Origin: Escherichia coli
GTDB taxonomy: Bacteria > Pseudomonadota > Gammaproteobacteria > Enterobacterales > Enterobacteriaceae
Length of the DNA stretch: 64,000 nt
Strand: one strand, 5' to 3'
NCBI RefSeq assembly: GCF_024502345.1
Contig: NZ_JALDNN010000001.1
The notes under the pieces are model-generated. The model was not told the DNA's origin and searched no databases. It saw only the letters and a program-made list of their open reading frames with translations. A program made the position numbers and the translations under genes. Shown in pieces: positions 1 to 14,726 of the stretch (its first letter is position 1; every line of letters starts with the position of its first letter).

Positions 1-1144
1 GCACTACGTTCTCACTTGGGTAACAGCCCAATACCTTCATTGAACGGGTGATTTCCCCTAACTCTTTCAATGCTTTTTGCATTTCCGCTGATTCAAGATT
101 GGCCTGAATATCCAGATAAAACATCTCTTCCCATGGATTACCGTGAATCGGGCGTGATTCCAGACGGGTCATAATCAGATTGTGGTTGCGCAGTACCAGC
201 AACGCTTCAACCAGCGCACCGGCTTGTTGCCCGGTCGCCATTAACAACGTCGTTTTCGCCGGAACCTGATCAGACACGTTAATGGCTTTACGCGCCAACA
301 CCACAAATCGGGTGAAGTTTTGTCGCTGATTCGCTTCAATCCGCTCCAGTACCTGCAAACCGTACAAAGTGCCGCCAGCTTCGCTTCCCAACGCAGCAAC
401 ATGCGGTGATTTTGCCTGTGCAACCTTTTCCATTGCCGCAGACGTACTTTCGGTATATTCAATCTTCCAGTGCGGATAACGATTAAGGAATTTGCTGCAT
501 TGCTGGAATGGCTGCGGATGGCTGTAGACCGTATTGATGGTGGATAAATCAGTCGTGCCGGAGACTAACAAACAATGGTCGATAGTTAACGTCATCTCGC
601 CAACAATCGACAAGCTGGTATGTTGCAGCAGATCGTAAACGTCATTTATGGCACCGGAGCTGGTATTTTCAATCGGTACGACGGCATAGTCGGCCTGGCC
701 GGTTTCCACCTGATTAAAAATATCGGCAAATTTGGCGCAGCCACTTTCAATGAATTGCTCAAAGTGACGGGCAGCATACTGGCGCGCCGCAAGATGGGAA
801 TAAGAACCTTTGGGGCCGAGAAAAGCGATGCGTGCTGAGTGCGGATTAATTTTATTGAGATGTTGTTGGAGCAAAGCCTGCTGAGTTAATACGGAATCTT
901 CAATGATGAGCTGGAACAGGCGAGTAATGTAATGGGCGTCCAGATGGTGCGCTTTACCGAGCGTAATTAATCTTTCCAGTAAATCGCGTTCACGATCAAT
1001 ATCACGTACCGGGCGATGCGAGAGCAGTTTGGCTTTTCCCACCTCGACGGCCAGTTCGCGCCGCTCTGCGAGTAATGCTAATAATTTTTCATCCAGCGCG
1101 CTGATTTTCTCTCGCAGCGCCAGTAACGGGTTTTCCGATGTCAT
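1..1144 (-). CDS. pheA: Chorismate mutase / prephenate dehydratase (P-protein); 3' end runs off the window start
   Basis: Minus-strand translation from ATG at 1144..1142 reads [39 protein letters not shown]..., recognised as PheA; sits directly downstream of pheL and its attenuator. No stop codon inside window. Confidence 0.9.
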   Translation of the reverse strand, partial: MTSENPLLALREKISALDEKLLALLAERRELAVEVGKAKLLSHRPVRDIDRERDLLERLITLGKAHHLDAHYITRLFQLIIEDSVLTQQALLQQHLNKINPHSARIAFLGPKGSYSHLAARQYAARHFEQFIESGCAKFADIFNQVETGQADYAVVPIENTSSGAINDVYDLLQHTSLSIVGEMTLTIDHCLLVSGTTDLSTINTVYSHPQPFQQCSKFLNRYPHWKIEYTESTSAAMEKVAQAKSPHVAALGSEAGGTLYGLQVLERIEANQRQNFTRFVVLARKAINVSDQVPAKTTLLMATGQQAGALVEALLVLRNHNLIMTRLESRPIHGNPWEEMFYLDIQANLESAEMQKALKELGEITRSMKVLGCYPSENVV

Positions 1145-1163
1145 AGTGTTGCCTTTTTGTTAT

Positions 1164-1197
1164 CAATAAAAAAGGCCCCCCGATTTGGGAGGCCTTA
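1164..1197 (-). terminator. pheA attenuator (Rho-independent terminator between pheL and pheA)
   Basis: GC-rich hairpin GGCCTCCCAAATCGGGGGGCC followed by TTTTTTATTGA on the minus strand, between the leader peptide stop and the pheA start. Confidence 0.75.
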
Positions 1198-1242
1198 TTG
1201 TTCGTCTTCGCATTCTGTTTCACACGACGAAACGCCTCCCAT

Positions 1243-1290
1243 TCAGGGGAAGGTAAAAAAGAATGCGAAGAAAAACGGTGTGTGTTTCAT
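1243..1290 (-). CDS. pheL: Phenylalanine operon leader peptide (15 aa, 7 Phe codons)
   Basis: Minus strand ATG AAA CAC ACA CCG TTT TTC TTC GCA TTC TTT TTT ACC TTC CCC TGA = [15 protein letters not shown]; too short for the ORF track; position immediately upstream of the attenuator hairpin. Confidence 0.85.
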   Translation of the reverse strand: [15 protein letters not shown]

Positions 1291-1343
1291 GTTTGTTTCC
1301 TTAAGTGACTTTAGTACAGTACCCGTACTGTTTTCACGCTGTC

Positions 1344-1371
1344 AACAAAAAACGCGCCCGAAGGCGCGTTG
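1344..1371 (-). terminator. Putative Rho-independent terminator of raiA
   Basis: Hairpin AACGCGCCTTCGGGCGCGTT followed by a T-run on the minus strand, 23 bp downstream of the raiA stop. Confidence 0.6.
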
Positions 1372-1393
1372 GCGATACACTCAATATAAAGGA

Positions 1394-1789
<396 letters not shown>

Positions 1790-1954
1790 TCAAAATGTGT
1801 GATGGAAATCTCATAATTTTGTCACTTTTTGTCAACGAATCTTTTTTGTGAGAAATCGCAGGAAGAGGTGTTTTTTTACTTGAGGAATATCTCAAAGCGA
1901 GCCATATTTGATGAGATAGATAGCGACTAAATCGCTTCAGTTTCACAACTAACA

Positions 1955-1988
1955 GAATAAAAAAACGGCAGCTCAAGGGCTGCCGTTT
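1955..1988 (-). terminator. Putative Rho-independent terminator of bamD
   Basis: Hairpin CGGCAGCCCTTGAGCTGCCG followed by TTTTTTTATT on the minus strand, just downstream of the bamD stop. Confidence 0.6.
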
Positions 1989-2005
1989 TGTGTTTCAGGT
2001 TTCTG

Positions 2006-2743
2006 TTATGTATTGCTGCTGTTTGCGGCGATGATTTTCGCTACTTTTTCAGCTTGCGCATTCATCTGCATCTGACGGTATGCATTTTCCATCAGCGGCA
2101 GCGCATCACGCGTAGCCTGGGTATCCGGGTAGTCGCGCAACATGCCTTCTACGCGGTTAACGACGGCAACCCATGCGCCACGTTCTGTATAGTACTCGGC
2201 AACGGAGTATTCATATTTCGCCAGACGATCTTTCAGGAATACCAGACGTTTGGTGGCATCGGTGGTGTACTGACTGTTCGGATAGCCGCGCACCAGTTTG
2301 GAAAAGTCACTAAACGCAGCTCGTGCATGTTGAGGATCGCGATCGCTACGGTCAACGCCAAAGAACCCTTGCAGCGCACTGTCATCCAGCGCCATATTGG
2401 TCAGGCCACGCATGTACATGACATAATCGATATTCGGATGGGTCGGGTTAAGGCGAATAAAACGATCGATGGCAGCCTGCGCTAACGGCAAATCGGCGTT
2501 TTTATAGTAGGCGTAGATGAGATCCAGCTGCACCTGCTGCGAATACGGACCAAACGGATAGCGATTATCTAACGCTTCCAGTTGCGTTATTGCCTGTCTC
2601 CAGTTACCGTCCTGCAGCTTTTGTTGTGCAGTCGCGTAAATTTCATTTGGCGGATTATCAGGTACTTCTTCCTTTGACCCCGAGCAACCCGCCAAAAACA
2701 GGCTTAGTGTGGCGGCTGCCACCAGATATTTCATGCGCGTCAT
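2006..2743 (-). CDS. bamD: Outer membrane protein assembly factor BamD (lipoprotein)
   Basis: 245-aa ORF with lipobox LAGCSG near the N-terminus; recognised as BamD/YfiO; diverges from rluD. Confidence 0.9.
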
Positions 2744-2877
2744 GACGTTTTGACTTTCCTCAAAATGTAATACGGGAGATTCTCTGTTCCTGCTCCCGGT
2801 TAAGACCAGCTACAATAGCACACTATATTAAACGGCAAAGCCGTAAAACCCCAACGATAAACGAAGAAGCAGTATAT

Positions 2878-3858
2878 ATGGCACAACGAGTACAGCTCAC
2901 TGCAACGGTGTCCGAAAACCAACTCGGTCAACGCTTAGATCAGGCTTTGGCCGAAATGTTCCCGGATTATTCACGTTCGCGAATAAAAGAATGGATCCTC
3001 GACCAGCGCGTGCTGGTTAACGGCAAACTTTGTGATAAGCCGAAAGAAAAAGTATTGGGTGGCGAGCAGGTTGCCATCAACGCAGAGATTGAAGAAGAAG
3101 CGCGTTTTGAACCGCAGGATATCCCGCTGGATATCGTCTATGAAGATGAAGACATCATCGTCATTAATAAACCGCGCGACCTGGTGGTTCATCCTGGCGC
3201 GGGTAACCCGGATGGCACGGTACTGAATGCGTTGCTTCATTATTATCCGCCTATTGCCGATGTACCGCGTGCGGGCATCGTCCATCGTCTGGATAAAGAC
3301 ACCACTGGCCTGATGGTTGTGGCAAAAACCGTTCCGGCTCAGACGCGTTTAGTCGAATCTTTGCAAAGGCGTGAAATTACTCGTGAGTACGAAGCGGTGG
3401 CGATTGGTCATATGACCGCTGGCGGTACGGTGGATGAGCCAATCAGTCGCCACCCGACCAAACGTACTCACATGGCGGTGCATCCGATGGGCAAACCAGC
3501 GGTGACTCACTATCGCATCATGGAACACTTCCGTGTGCACACGCGTCTGCGGTTGCGTCTGGAAACTGGACGTACGCACCAGATCCGCGTGCATATGGCC
3601 CATATCACTCATCCGCTGGTGGGCGATCCGGTTTATGGTGGCCGTCCGCGTCCGCCAAAAGGTGCTTCGGAAGCGTTTATCTCCACGCTGCGTAAGTTTG
3701 ACCGCCAGGCGCTTCATGCAACCATGCTGCGTCTTTATCACCCGATCTCCGGCATCGAAATGGAATGGCATGCGCCTATTCCACAAGATATGGTGGAGCT
3801 GATTGAGGCGATGCGTGCCGATTTCGAAGAACATAAGGATGAAGTGGACTGGTTATGA
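2878..3858 (+). CDS. rluD: 23S rRNA pseudouridine synthase D
   Basis: 326-aa ORF with S4-like N-terminus and the pseudouridine synthase motif HRLDKDTTGL; recognised as RluD. Confidence 0.9.
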   Translation: MAQRVQLTATVSENQLGQRLDQALAEMFPDYSRSRIKEWILDQRVLVNGKLCDKPKEKVLGGEQVAINAEIEEEARFEPQDIPLDIVYEDEDIIVINKPRDLVVHPGAGNPDGTVLNALLHYYPPIADVPRAGIVHRLDKDTTGLMVVAKTVPAQTRLVESLQRREITREYEAVAIGHMTAGGTVDEPISRHPTKRTHMAVHPMGKPAVTHYRIMEHFRVHTRLRLRLETGRTHQIRVHMAHITHPLVGDPVYGGRPRPPKGASEAFISTLRKFDRQALHATMLRLYHPISGIEMEWHAPIPQDMVELIEAMRADFEEHKDEVDWL

Positions 3859-4586
3859 GTAAGCTGATTGTCCCGCAGTGGCCGCTGCCAAAAGGTGTTG
3901 CGGCTTGTAGCTCTACTCGTATCGGCGGCGTGAGCTTGCCCCCGTATGACTCGCTCAACCTCGGTGCCCATTGTGGCGATAACCCGGATCACGTTGAGGA
4001 GAATCGCAAGCGACTTTTTGCTGCGGGCAATTTGCCTTCTAAACCGGTCTGGCTTGAGCAGGTACACGGCAAAGATGTGCTTAAGCTTACTGGCGAACCT
4101 TATGCCTCAAAACGAGCAGATGCCTCTTATAGCAATACGCCTGGCACGGTTTGCGCAGTGATGACTGCCGACTGCCTCCCTGTGCTGTTTTGCAATCGAG
4201 CGGGAACGGAAGTCGCCGCCGCTCATGCTGGCTGGCGTGGACTGTGCGCAGGCGTGCTGGAAGAGACAGTTTCCTGTTTTGCTGATAATCCGGAAAATAT
4301 TCTCGCCTGGTTAGGGCCGGCAATTGGTCCACGCGCGTTCGAAGTGGGGGCGGAGGTTCGCGAGGCGTTTATGGCAGCAGACGCCAAAGCGAGTACAGCT
4401 TTCATTCAGCATGGTGATAAGTATCTGGCGGATATTTATCTGCTTGCCCGGCAGCGTCTGGCGAGCGTTGGTGTTGAACAAATTTTCGGCGGCGACCGTT
4501 GTACATATACGGAAAATGAGACTTTCTTCTCTTATCGTCGCGACAAGACCACCGGGCGTATGGCAAGTTTCATTTGGCTGATATAA
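3855..4586 (+). CDS. pgeF: YfiH/PgeF family protein (DUF152; purine nucleoside phosphorylase / laccase-like)
   Basis: 243-aa ORF whose ATG overlaps the rluD stop (ATGA); recognised as YfiH. Confidence 0.85.
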   Translation: MSKLIVPQWPLPKGVAACSSTRIGGVSLPPYDSLNLGAHCGDNPDHVEENRKRLFAAGNLPSKPVWLEQVHGKDVLKLTGEPYASKRADASYSNTPGTVCAVMTADCLPVLFCNRAGTEVAAAHAGWRGLCAGVLEETVSCFADNPENILAWLGPAIGPRAFEVGAEVREAFMAADAKASTAFIQHGDKYLADIYLLARQRLASVGVEQIFGGDRCTYTENETFFSYRRDKTTGRMASFIWLI

Positions 4587-4647
4587 CCTAAAGAATCAAG
4601 ACGATCCGGTACGCGTGATTTTCTTTTCACATTAATCTGGTCAATAA

Positions 4648-4679
4648 CCTTGAATAATTGAGGGATGACCTCATTTAAT
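4648..4679 (+). promoter_or_regulatory. Sigma-32 (heat-shock) promoter of clpB
   Basis: CCTTGAAT (-35), 14-bp spacer, CCTCATTTA (-10): matches the sigma-32 consensus CTTGAA / CCCCATnT; about 40 bp upstream of the clpB start. Confidence 0.6.
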
Positions 4680-4715
4680 CTCCAGTAGCAACTTTGATCC
4701 GTTATGGGAGGAGTT

Positions 4716-7289
4716 ATGCGTCTGGATCGTCTTACTAATAAATTCCAGCTTGCTCTTGCCGATGCCCAATCACTTGCACTCGGGCACGACAACCAATTCA
4801 TCGAACCACTTCATTTAATGAGCGCCCTGCTGAATCAGGAAGGGGGTTCGGTTAGTCCTTTATTAACATCCGCTGGCATAAATGCTGGCCAGTTGCGCAC
4901 AGATATCAATCAGGCATTAAATCGTTTACCGCAGGTTGAAGGTACTGGTGGTGATGTCCAGCCATCACAGGATCTGGTGCGCGTTCTTAATCTTTGCGAC
5001 AAGCTGGCGCAAAAACGTGGTGATAACTTTATCTCGTCAGAACTGTTCGTTCTGGCGGCACTTGAGTCTCGCGGCACGCTGGCCGACATCCTGAAAGCAG
5101 CAGGGGCGACCACCGCCAACATTACTCAAGCGATTGAACAAATGCGTGGAGGTGAAAGCGTGAACGATCAAGGTGCTGAAGACCAACGTCAGGCTTTGAA
5201 AAAATATACCATCGACCTTACCGAACGAGCCGAACAGGGCAAACTCGATCCGGTGATTGGTCGTGATGAAGAAATTCGCCGTACCATTCAGGTGCTGCAA
5301 CGTCGTACTAAAAATAACCCGGTACTGATTGGTGAACCCGGCGTCGGTAAAACTGCCATCGTTGAAGGTCTGGCGCAGCGTATTATCAACGGCGAAGTGC
5401 CGGAAGGGTTGAAAGGCCGCCGGGTACTGGCGCTGGATATGGGCGCGCTGGTGGCTGGGGCGAAATATCGCGGTGAGTTTGAAGAACGTTTAAAAGGCGT
5501 GCTTAACGATCTTGCCAAACAGGAAGGCAACGTCATCCTGTTTATCGACGAATTACATACCATGGTCGGCGCGGGTAAAGCCGATGGCGCAATGGACGCC
5601 GGAAACATGCTGAAACCGGCGCTGGCGCGTGGTGAATTGCACTGCGTAGGTGCCACGACGCTTGACGAATATCGCCAGTACATCGAAAAAGATGCTGCGC
5701 TGGAACGTCGTTTCCAGAAAGTGTTTGTTGCCGAGCCTTCTGTTGAAGATACCATTGCGATTCTGCGTGGCCTGAAAGAACGTTACGAATTGCACCACCA
5801 TGTGCAAATTACTGACCCGGCAATTGTTGCAGCGGCGACGTTGTCTCATCGCTACATTGCTGACCGTCAGCTGCCGGATAAAGCCATCGACCTGATCGAT
5901 GAAGCAGCATCCAGCATTCGTATGCAGATTGACTCAAAACCAGAAGAACTCGACCGACTCGATCGCCGTATCATCCAGCTCAAACTGGAACAACAGGCGT
6001 TAATGAAAGAGTCTGATGAAGCCAGTAAAAAACGTCTGGATATGCTCAACGAAGAACTGAGCGACAAAGAACGTCAGTACTCCGAGTTAGAAGAAGAGTG
6101 GAAAGCAGAGAAGGCATCGCTTTCTGGTACGCAGACCATTAAAGCGGAACTGGAACAGGCGAAAATCGCTATTGAACAGGCTCGCCGTGTGGGTGACCTG
6201 GCGCGGATGTCTGAACTGCAATACGGCAAAATCCCGGAACTGGAAAAGCAACTGGAAGCCGCAACGCAGCTCGAAGGCAAAACTATGCGTCTGTTGCGTA
6301 ATAAAGTGACCGACGCCGAAATTGCTGAAGTGCTGGCGCGTTGGACGGGGATTCCGGTTTCTCGCATGATGGAAAGCGAGCGCGAAAAACTGCTGCGTAT
6401 GGAGCAAGAACTGCACCATCGCGTAATTGGTCAGAACGAAGCGGTTGATGCGGTATCTAACGCTATTCGTCGTAGCCGTGCGGGGCTGGCGGATCCAAAT
6501 CGCCCGATTGGTTCATTCCTGTTCCTCGGCCCAACTGGTGTGGGGAAAACTGAGCTTTGTAAGGCGCTGGCGAACTTTATGTTTGATAGCGACGAGGCGA
6601 TGGTCCGTATCGATATGTCCGAGTTTATGGAGAAACACTCGGTGTCTCGTCTGGTTGGTGCGCCTCCGGGATATGTCGGTTATGAAGAAGGTGGCTACCT
6701 GACCGAAGCTGTGCGTCGTCGTCCGTATTCCGTCATCCTGCTGGATGAAGTGGAAAAAGCGCATCCGGATGTCTTCAATATTCTGTTGCAGGTACTGGAT
6801 GATGGGCGTCTGACTGACGGGCAGGGGAGAACGGTCGACTTCCGTAATACGGTTGTCATTATGACCTCTAACCTCGGTTCCGATCTGATTCAGGAACGCT
6901 TCGGTGAACTGGATTATGCGCACATGAAAGAGCTGGTGCTCGGTGTGGTTAGCCATAACTTCCGTCCGGAATTCATTAACCGTATCGATGAAGTGGTGGT
7001 CTTCCATCCGCTGGGTGAACAGCACATTGCGTCGATTGCGCAGATTCAGTTGAAACGTCTGTATAAACGTCTGGAAGAACGTGGTTATGAAATCCACATT
7101 TCTGACGAGGCGCTGAAACTGCTGAGCGAGAACGGTTACGATCCGGTCTATGGTGCACGTCCTCTGAAACGTGCAATTCAGCAGCAGATCGAAAACCCGC
7201 TGGCACAGCAAATACTGTCTGGTGAATTGGTTCCGGGTAAAGTGATTCGCCTGGAAGTTAATGAAGACCGGATTGTCGCCGTCCAGTAA
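4716..7289 (+). CDS. clpB: Chaperone ClpB (Hsp100 disaggregase, AAA+)
   Basis: Track ORF begins at 4704, but the ATG at 4716 follows a perfect GGGAGGAG SD and gives the canonical 857-aa [11 protein letters not shown]... protein; two Walker A motifs ([16 protein letters not shown]). Internal GTG at 5160 (Val149) with its own GGAGG SD matches the known short ClpB isoform start. Confidence 0.95.
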
Positions 7290-7295
7290 ATGATA

Positions 7296-7322
7296 AAACG
7301 AGCCCTTCGGGGCTCGTTTTTG
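7296..7322 (+). terminator. Rho-independent terminator of clpB
   Basis: Hairpin AAACGAGCCCTTCGGGGCTCGTTT followed by TTTTTG, 7 bp after the clpB stop. Confidence 0.7.
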
Positions 7323-7404
7323 TCTATAATTTAGACGGAAAAGACTATATTTAAGATGTTTTGCCTGAAAAGTGAGCGAACGATAAAGTTTTTATATTTT
7401 TCGC

Positions 7405-7432
7405 TTGTCAGGCCGGAATAACTCCCTATAAT
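7405..7432 (+). promoter_or_regulatory. rRNA operon promoter P1 (A/T-rich UP element upstream)
   Basis: TTGTCA (-35), 16-bp spacer, TATAAT (-10), preceded by the A/T-rich run AAAGTTTTTATATTTTTCGC; classic rrn P1 architecture. Confidence 0.75.
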
Positions 7433-7521
7433 GCGCCACCACTGACACGGAACAACGGCAAACACGCCGCCGGGTCAGCGGGGTTCTTCTGAGAATCTCA
7501 ACAGAGAAAAGCAAAAAATGC

Positions 7522-7549
7522 TTGACTCTGTAGCGGGAAAGCGTATTAT
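7522..7549 (+). promoter_or_regulatory. rRNA operon promoter P2
   Basis: TTGACT (-35), 16-bp spacer, TATTAT (-10), about 115 bp downstream of P1. Confidence 0.7.
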
Positions 7550-7587
7550 GCACACCCCGCGCCGCTGAGAAAAAGCGAAGCGGCACT

Positions 7588-7607
7588 GCTCTTTAACAAT
7601 TTATCAG
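7588..7607 (+). promoter_or_regulatory. rrn leader boxA antitermination element
   Basis: TGCTCTTTAACAATTTATCA matches the rrn boxA consensus in the leader between P2 and the 16S gene. Confidence 0.7.
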
Positions 7608-7730
7608 ACAATCTGTGTGGGCACTCGAAGATACGGATTCTTAACGTCGCAAGACGAAAAATGAATACCAGGTCTCAAGAGTGAACACGTAATTCATTAC
7701 GAAGTTTAATTCTTTGAGCATCAAACTTTT

Positions 7731-9272
<1,542 letters not shown>

Positions 9273-9357
9273 CCTTAAAGAAGCGTACTTTGTAGTGCTC
9301 ACACAGATTGTCTGATAGAAAGTGAAAAGCAAGGCGTCTTGCGAAGCAGACTGATAC

Positions 9358-9433
9358 GTCCCCTTCGTCTAGAGGCCCAGGACACCGCCCTTTCACGGCG
9401 GTAACAGGGGTTCGAATCCCCTAGGGGACGCCA
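9358..9433 (+). tRNA. gltW: tRNA-Glu (UUC) in the 16S–23S spacer
   Basis: GTCCCCTTCGTCTAGAGGCCCAGGACACCGCCCTTTCACGGCGGTAACAGGGGTTCGAATCCCCTAGGGGACGCCA; 76 nt with encoded CCA; anticodon loop CTTTCAC. Confidence 0.95.
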
Positions 9434-9626
9434 CTTGCTGGTTTGTGAGTGAAAGTCACCTGCCTTGATATCTCAAAACTCATCTTCGGGTGATGTTTGA
9501 GATATTTGCTCTTTAAAAATCTGGATCAAGCTGAAAATTGAAACACTGAACAACGAAAGTTGTTCGTGAGTCTCTCAAATTTTCGCAACACGATGATGAA
9601 TCGAAAGAAACATCTTCGGGTTGTGA

Positions 9627-12529
<2,903 letters not shown>

Positions 12530-12621
12530 ACAACGCCGAAGGTGTTTTGGCGGATGAGAGAAGATTTTCAGCCTGATACAGATTAAATCAGAACGCAGAA
12601 GCGGTCTGATAAAACAGAATT

Positions 12622-12741
12622 TGCCTGGCGGCCGTAGCGCGGTGGTCCCACCTGACCCCATGCCGAACTCAGAAGTGAAACGCCGTAGCGCCGATGGTAG
12701 TGTGGGGTCTCCCCATGCGAGAGTAGGGAACTGCCAGGCAT
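12622..12741 (+). rRNA. rrfG: 5S ribosomal RNA
   Basis: TGCCTGGCGGCCGTAGCGCGGTGGTCCCACCTGACCCCATGCCGAACTCAGAAGTGAAACGCCGTAGCGCCGATGGTAGTGTGGGGTCTCCCCATGCGAGAGTAGGGAACTGCCAGGCAT; 120 nt. Confidence 0.97.
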
Positions 12742-12752
12742 CAAATAAAGCG

Positions 12753-12780
12753 AAAGGCCATCCTGACAGATGGCCTTTTT
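12753..12780 (+). terminator. rrn operon terminator T1
   Basis: Hairpin AAAGGCCATCCTGACAGATGGCCTTTTT immediately after the 5S gene. Confidence 0.8.
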
Positions 12781-13062
12781 GCGTTGGTGCAAAAAAATGC
12801 CGGATGCGACGCTTCGCGTCTTATACTCCCACATATGCCAAATTCAGCAACGGATACGGTTTCCCCAACTTGCCCACTTCCATACGTGTCCTCCTTACCA
12901 GAAATTTATCCTTAAGCTCCTCAATAACCATTTTCCTGCTAACTAAATTCATGGTTAAGGTTGTATAATGATACGCAACAAATGTATAACATTTTCTTTA
13001 CCAAAAGAAATAAACAAAAGCGACCGACAAAAGCATCGGATTACGGCAGGAGACATAATGGC

Positions 13063-14361
13063 ATGGCTGAAAGTACTGTAACGGCAGACAGCAAACTGAC
13101 AAGTAGTGATACACGTCGCCGCATTTGGGCGATTGTGGGGGCCTCTTCAGGTAATCTGGTCGAGTGGTTCGATTTCTATGTCTACTCGTTCTGTTCACTC
13201 TACTTTGCCCACATCTTCTTCCCTTCCGGGAACACGACGACTCAACTACTACAAACAGCAGGTGTTTTTGCTGCGGGATTCCTCATGCGCCCAATAGGCG
13301 GTTGGCTATTTGGCCGCATAGCCGATAAACATGGTCGCAAAAAATCGATGCTGCTATCGGTGTGTATGATGTGTTTCGGCTCACTGGTAATCGCCTGTTT
13401 GCCTGGTTATGAAACAATCGGTACGTGGGCTCCGGCATTATTGCTTCTCGCGCGTTTATTTCAGGGATTATCCGTTGGCGGAGAATATGGCACCAGCGCC
13501 ACCTATATGAGTGAAGTTGCCGTTGAAGGGCGCAAAGGTTTTTACGCATCATTTCAGTATGTGACGTTGATCGGCGGACAACTGCTAGCCCTACTGGTTG
13601 TCGTGGTTTTACAACACACCATGGAAGACGCTGCACTCAGAGAGTGGGGATGGCGTATTCCTTTCGCGTTAGGAGCTGTGTTAGCTGTTGTGGCGTTGTG
13701 GTTACGTCGTCAGTTAGATGAAACTTCGCAACAAGAAACGCGCGCTTTAAAAGAAGCTGGATCTCTGAAAGGATTATGGCGCAATCGCCGTGCATTCATC
13801 ATGGTTCTCGGTTTTACCGCTGCGGGCTCCCTTTGTTTCTATACCTTCACCACTTATATGCAGAAGTATCTGGTAAATACTGCGGGAATGCATGCCAACG
13901 TGGCGAGTGGCATTATGGCTGCCGCATTGTTTGTATTTATGCTTATTCAACCACTCATTGGCGCGCTGTCGGATAAGATTGGTCGCCGTACCTCAATGTT
14001 ATGTTTCGGTTCGCTGGCAGCCATTTTTACCGTTCCTATTCTCTCAGCATTGCAAAACGTTTCCTCGCCTTATGCCGCTTTTGGTCTGGTGATGTGTGCC
14101 CTGCTGATAGTGAGTTTTTATACATCAATCAGTGGAATACTGAAGGCTGAGATGTTCCCGGCACAGGTTCGCGCATTAGGCGTTGGTCTGTCATATGCGG
14201 TCGCTAATGCTATATTTGGTGGTTCGGCGGAGTACGTAGCGTTGTCGCTGAAATCAATAGGAATGGAAACAGCCTTCTTCTGGTATGTGACCTTGATGGC
14301 CGTGGTGGCGTTTCTGGTTTCTTTGATGCTACATCGCAAAGGGAAGGGGATGCGTCTTTAG
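13063..14361 (+). CDS. kgtP: Alpha-ketoglutarate:H+ symporter (MFS)
   Basis: Track ORF is over-extended; ATG at 13063 with AGGAGA SD gives the 432-aa [31 protein letters not shown]... protein recognised as KgtP. Confidence 0.9.
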   Translation: MAESTVTADSKLTSSDTRRRIWAIVGASSGNLVEWFDFYVYSFCSLYFAHIFFPSGNTTTQLLQTAGVFAAGFLMRPIGGWLFGRIADKHGRKKSMLLSVCMMCFGSLVIACLPGYETIGTWAPALLLLARLFQGLSVGGEYGTSATYMSEVAVEGRKGFYASFQYVTLIGGQLLALLVVVVLQHTMEDAALREWGWRIPFALGAVLAVVALWLRRQLDETSQQETRALKEAGSLKGLWRNRRAFIMVLGFTAAGSLCFYTFTTYMQKYLVNTAGMHANVASGIMAAALFVFMLIQPLIGALSDKIGRRTSMLCFGSLAAIFTVPILSALQNVSSPYAAFGLVMCALLIVSFYTSISGILKAEMFPAQVRALGVGLSYAVANAIFGGSAEYVALSLKSIGMETAFFWYVTLMAVVAFLVSLMLHRKGKGMRL

Positions 14362-14681
14362 TGATGGGTCAGTTGCCAGACGGTATAGCCGGTGCTTGCA
14401 CCGGCGACATCCCAGGCCAAATCCTTCCAGCTCCAGCCGCTCCCTTCGGGGCGGCTATCCCAAAGCTCTTTTGACGCCCCCAAACTGACAGAGAACATCA
14501 ATCCAAACATGGCACTGCGATCCCGGCTCATCCCCTGATGCTGTGAATATTCATTTCCGGCGGCGGAAAGCATCGCCGAGGCGATAAAGTGTTGAGCTTT
14601 ATCCTGCCCGCTCCAGCTATCGTTAGCCATATGGCTGCATCCAGAAAGTAACAATAGCGAACAGACAAAAAGAATACGCAA
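14358..14681 (-). CDS. yfiM: Small lipoprotein YfiM (DUF2279)
   Basis: Signal peptide with lipobox LLSGC; TTG start at 14681 lies 7 nt after a GGAGG SD and gives the 107-aa K-12 length; 3' end overlaps the kgtP stop by 4 bp (convergent). Confidence 0.7.
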   Translation of the reverse strand: MRILFVCSLLLLSGCSHMANDSWSGQDKAQHFIASAMLSAAGNEYSQHQGMSRDRSAMFGLMFSVSLGASKELWDSRPEGSGWSWKDLAWDVAGASTGYTVWQLTHH

Positions 14682-14693
14682 AACGTGGCCTCC

Positions 14694-14722
14694 AAAAAAC
14701 AAACCCCGTACAGGACGGGGTT
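14694..14722 (-). terminator. Rho-independent terminator of pssA
   Basis: Hairpin AACCCCGTCCTGTACGGGGTT followed by TGTTTTTT on the minus strand, directly after the pssA stop. Confidence 0.7.
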
Positions 14723-14726
14723 GTGA

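Noticed and set aside
2744-2877. Possible sigmaE promoter for bamD (GGAACAG…) in the bamD–rluD divergent region
   Set aside because: The -35-like GGAACAG is present on the bamD strand but I could not find a convincing TCAAA-type -10 at 16-bp spacing; left unannotated.
6513-7211. 232-aa minus-strand ORF antisense to clpB (also 20143..20745 antisense to yfiF, 37215..37895 antisense to pdxJ, 63158..63988 antisense to yphD)
   Set aside because: All are embedded antisense frames within recognised genes, with no ribosome-binding sites or conserved motifs.
12790-12815. REP-like fragment TGCCGGATGCGACGCTTCGCGTC after the rrn terminator
   Set aside because: Only a partial match to the REP consensus and no inverted partner; probably a degenerate REP remnant, not annotated as a feature.
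12961-13062. N-terminal extensions of track ORFs (kgtP here; likewise clpB, yfiF, grcA, yfiE, trmN6, rpoE, rseA, pdxJ, glrK, glrR, hmp, glyA, yphG, tapT, yfhL, yfhH, tadA)
   Set aside because: In each case an internal ATG/TTG/GTG with a better Shine-Dalgarno gives the canonical protein length I recognise, and the extension often overlaps a terminator or the upstream gene.
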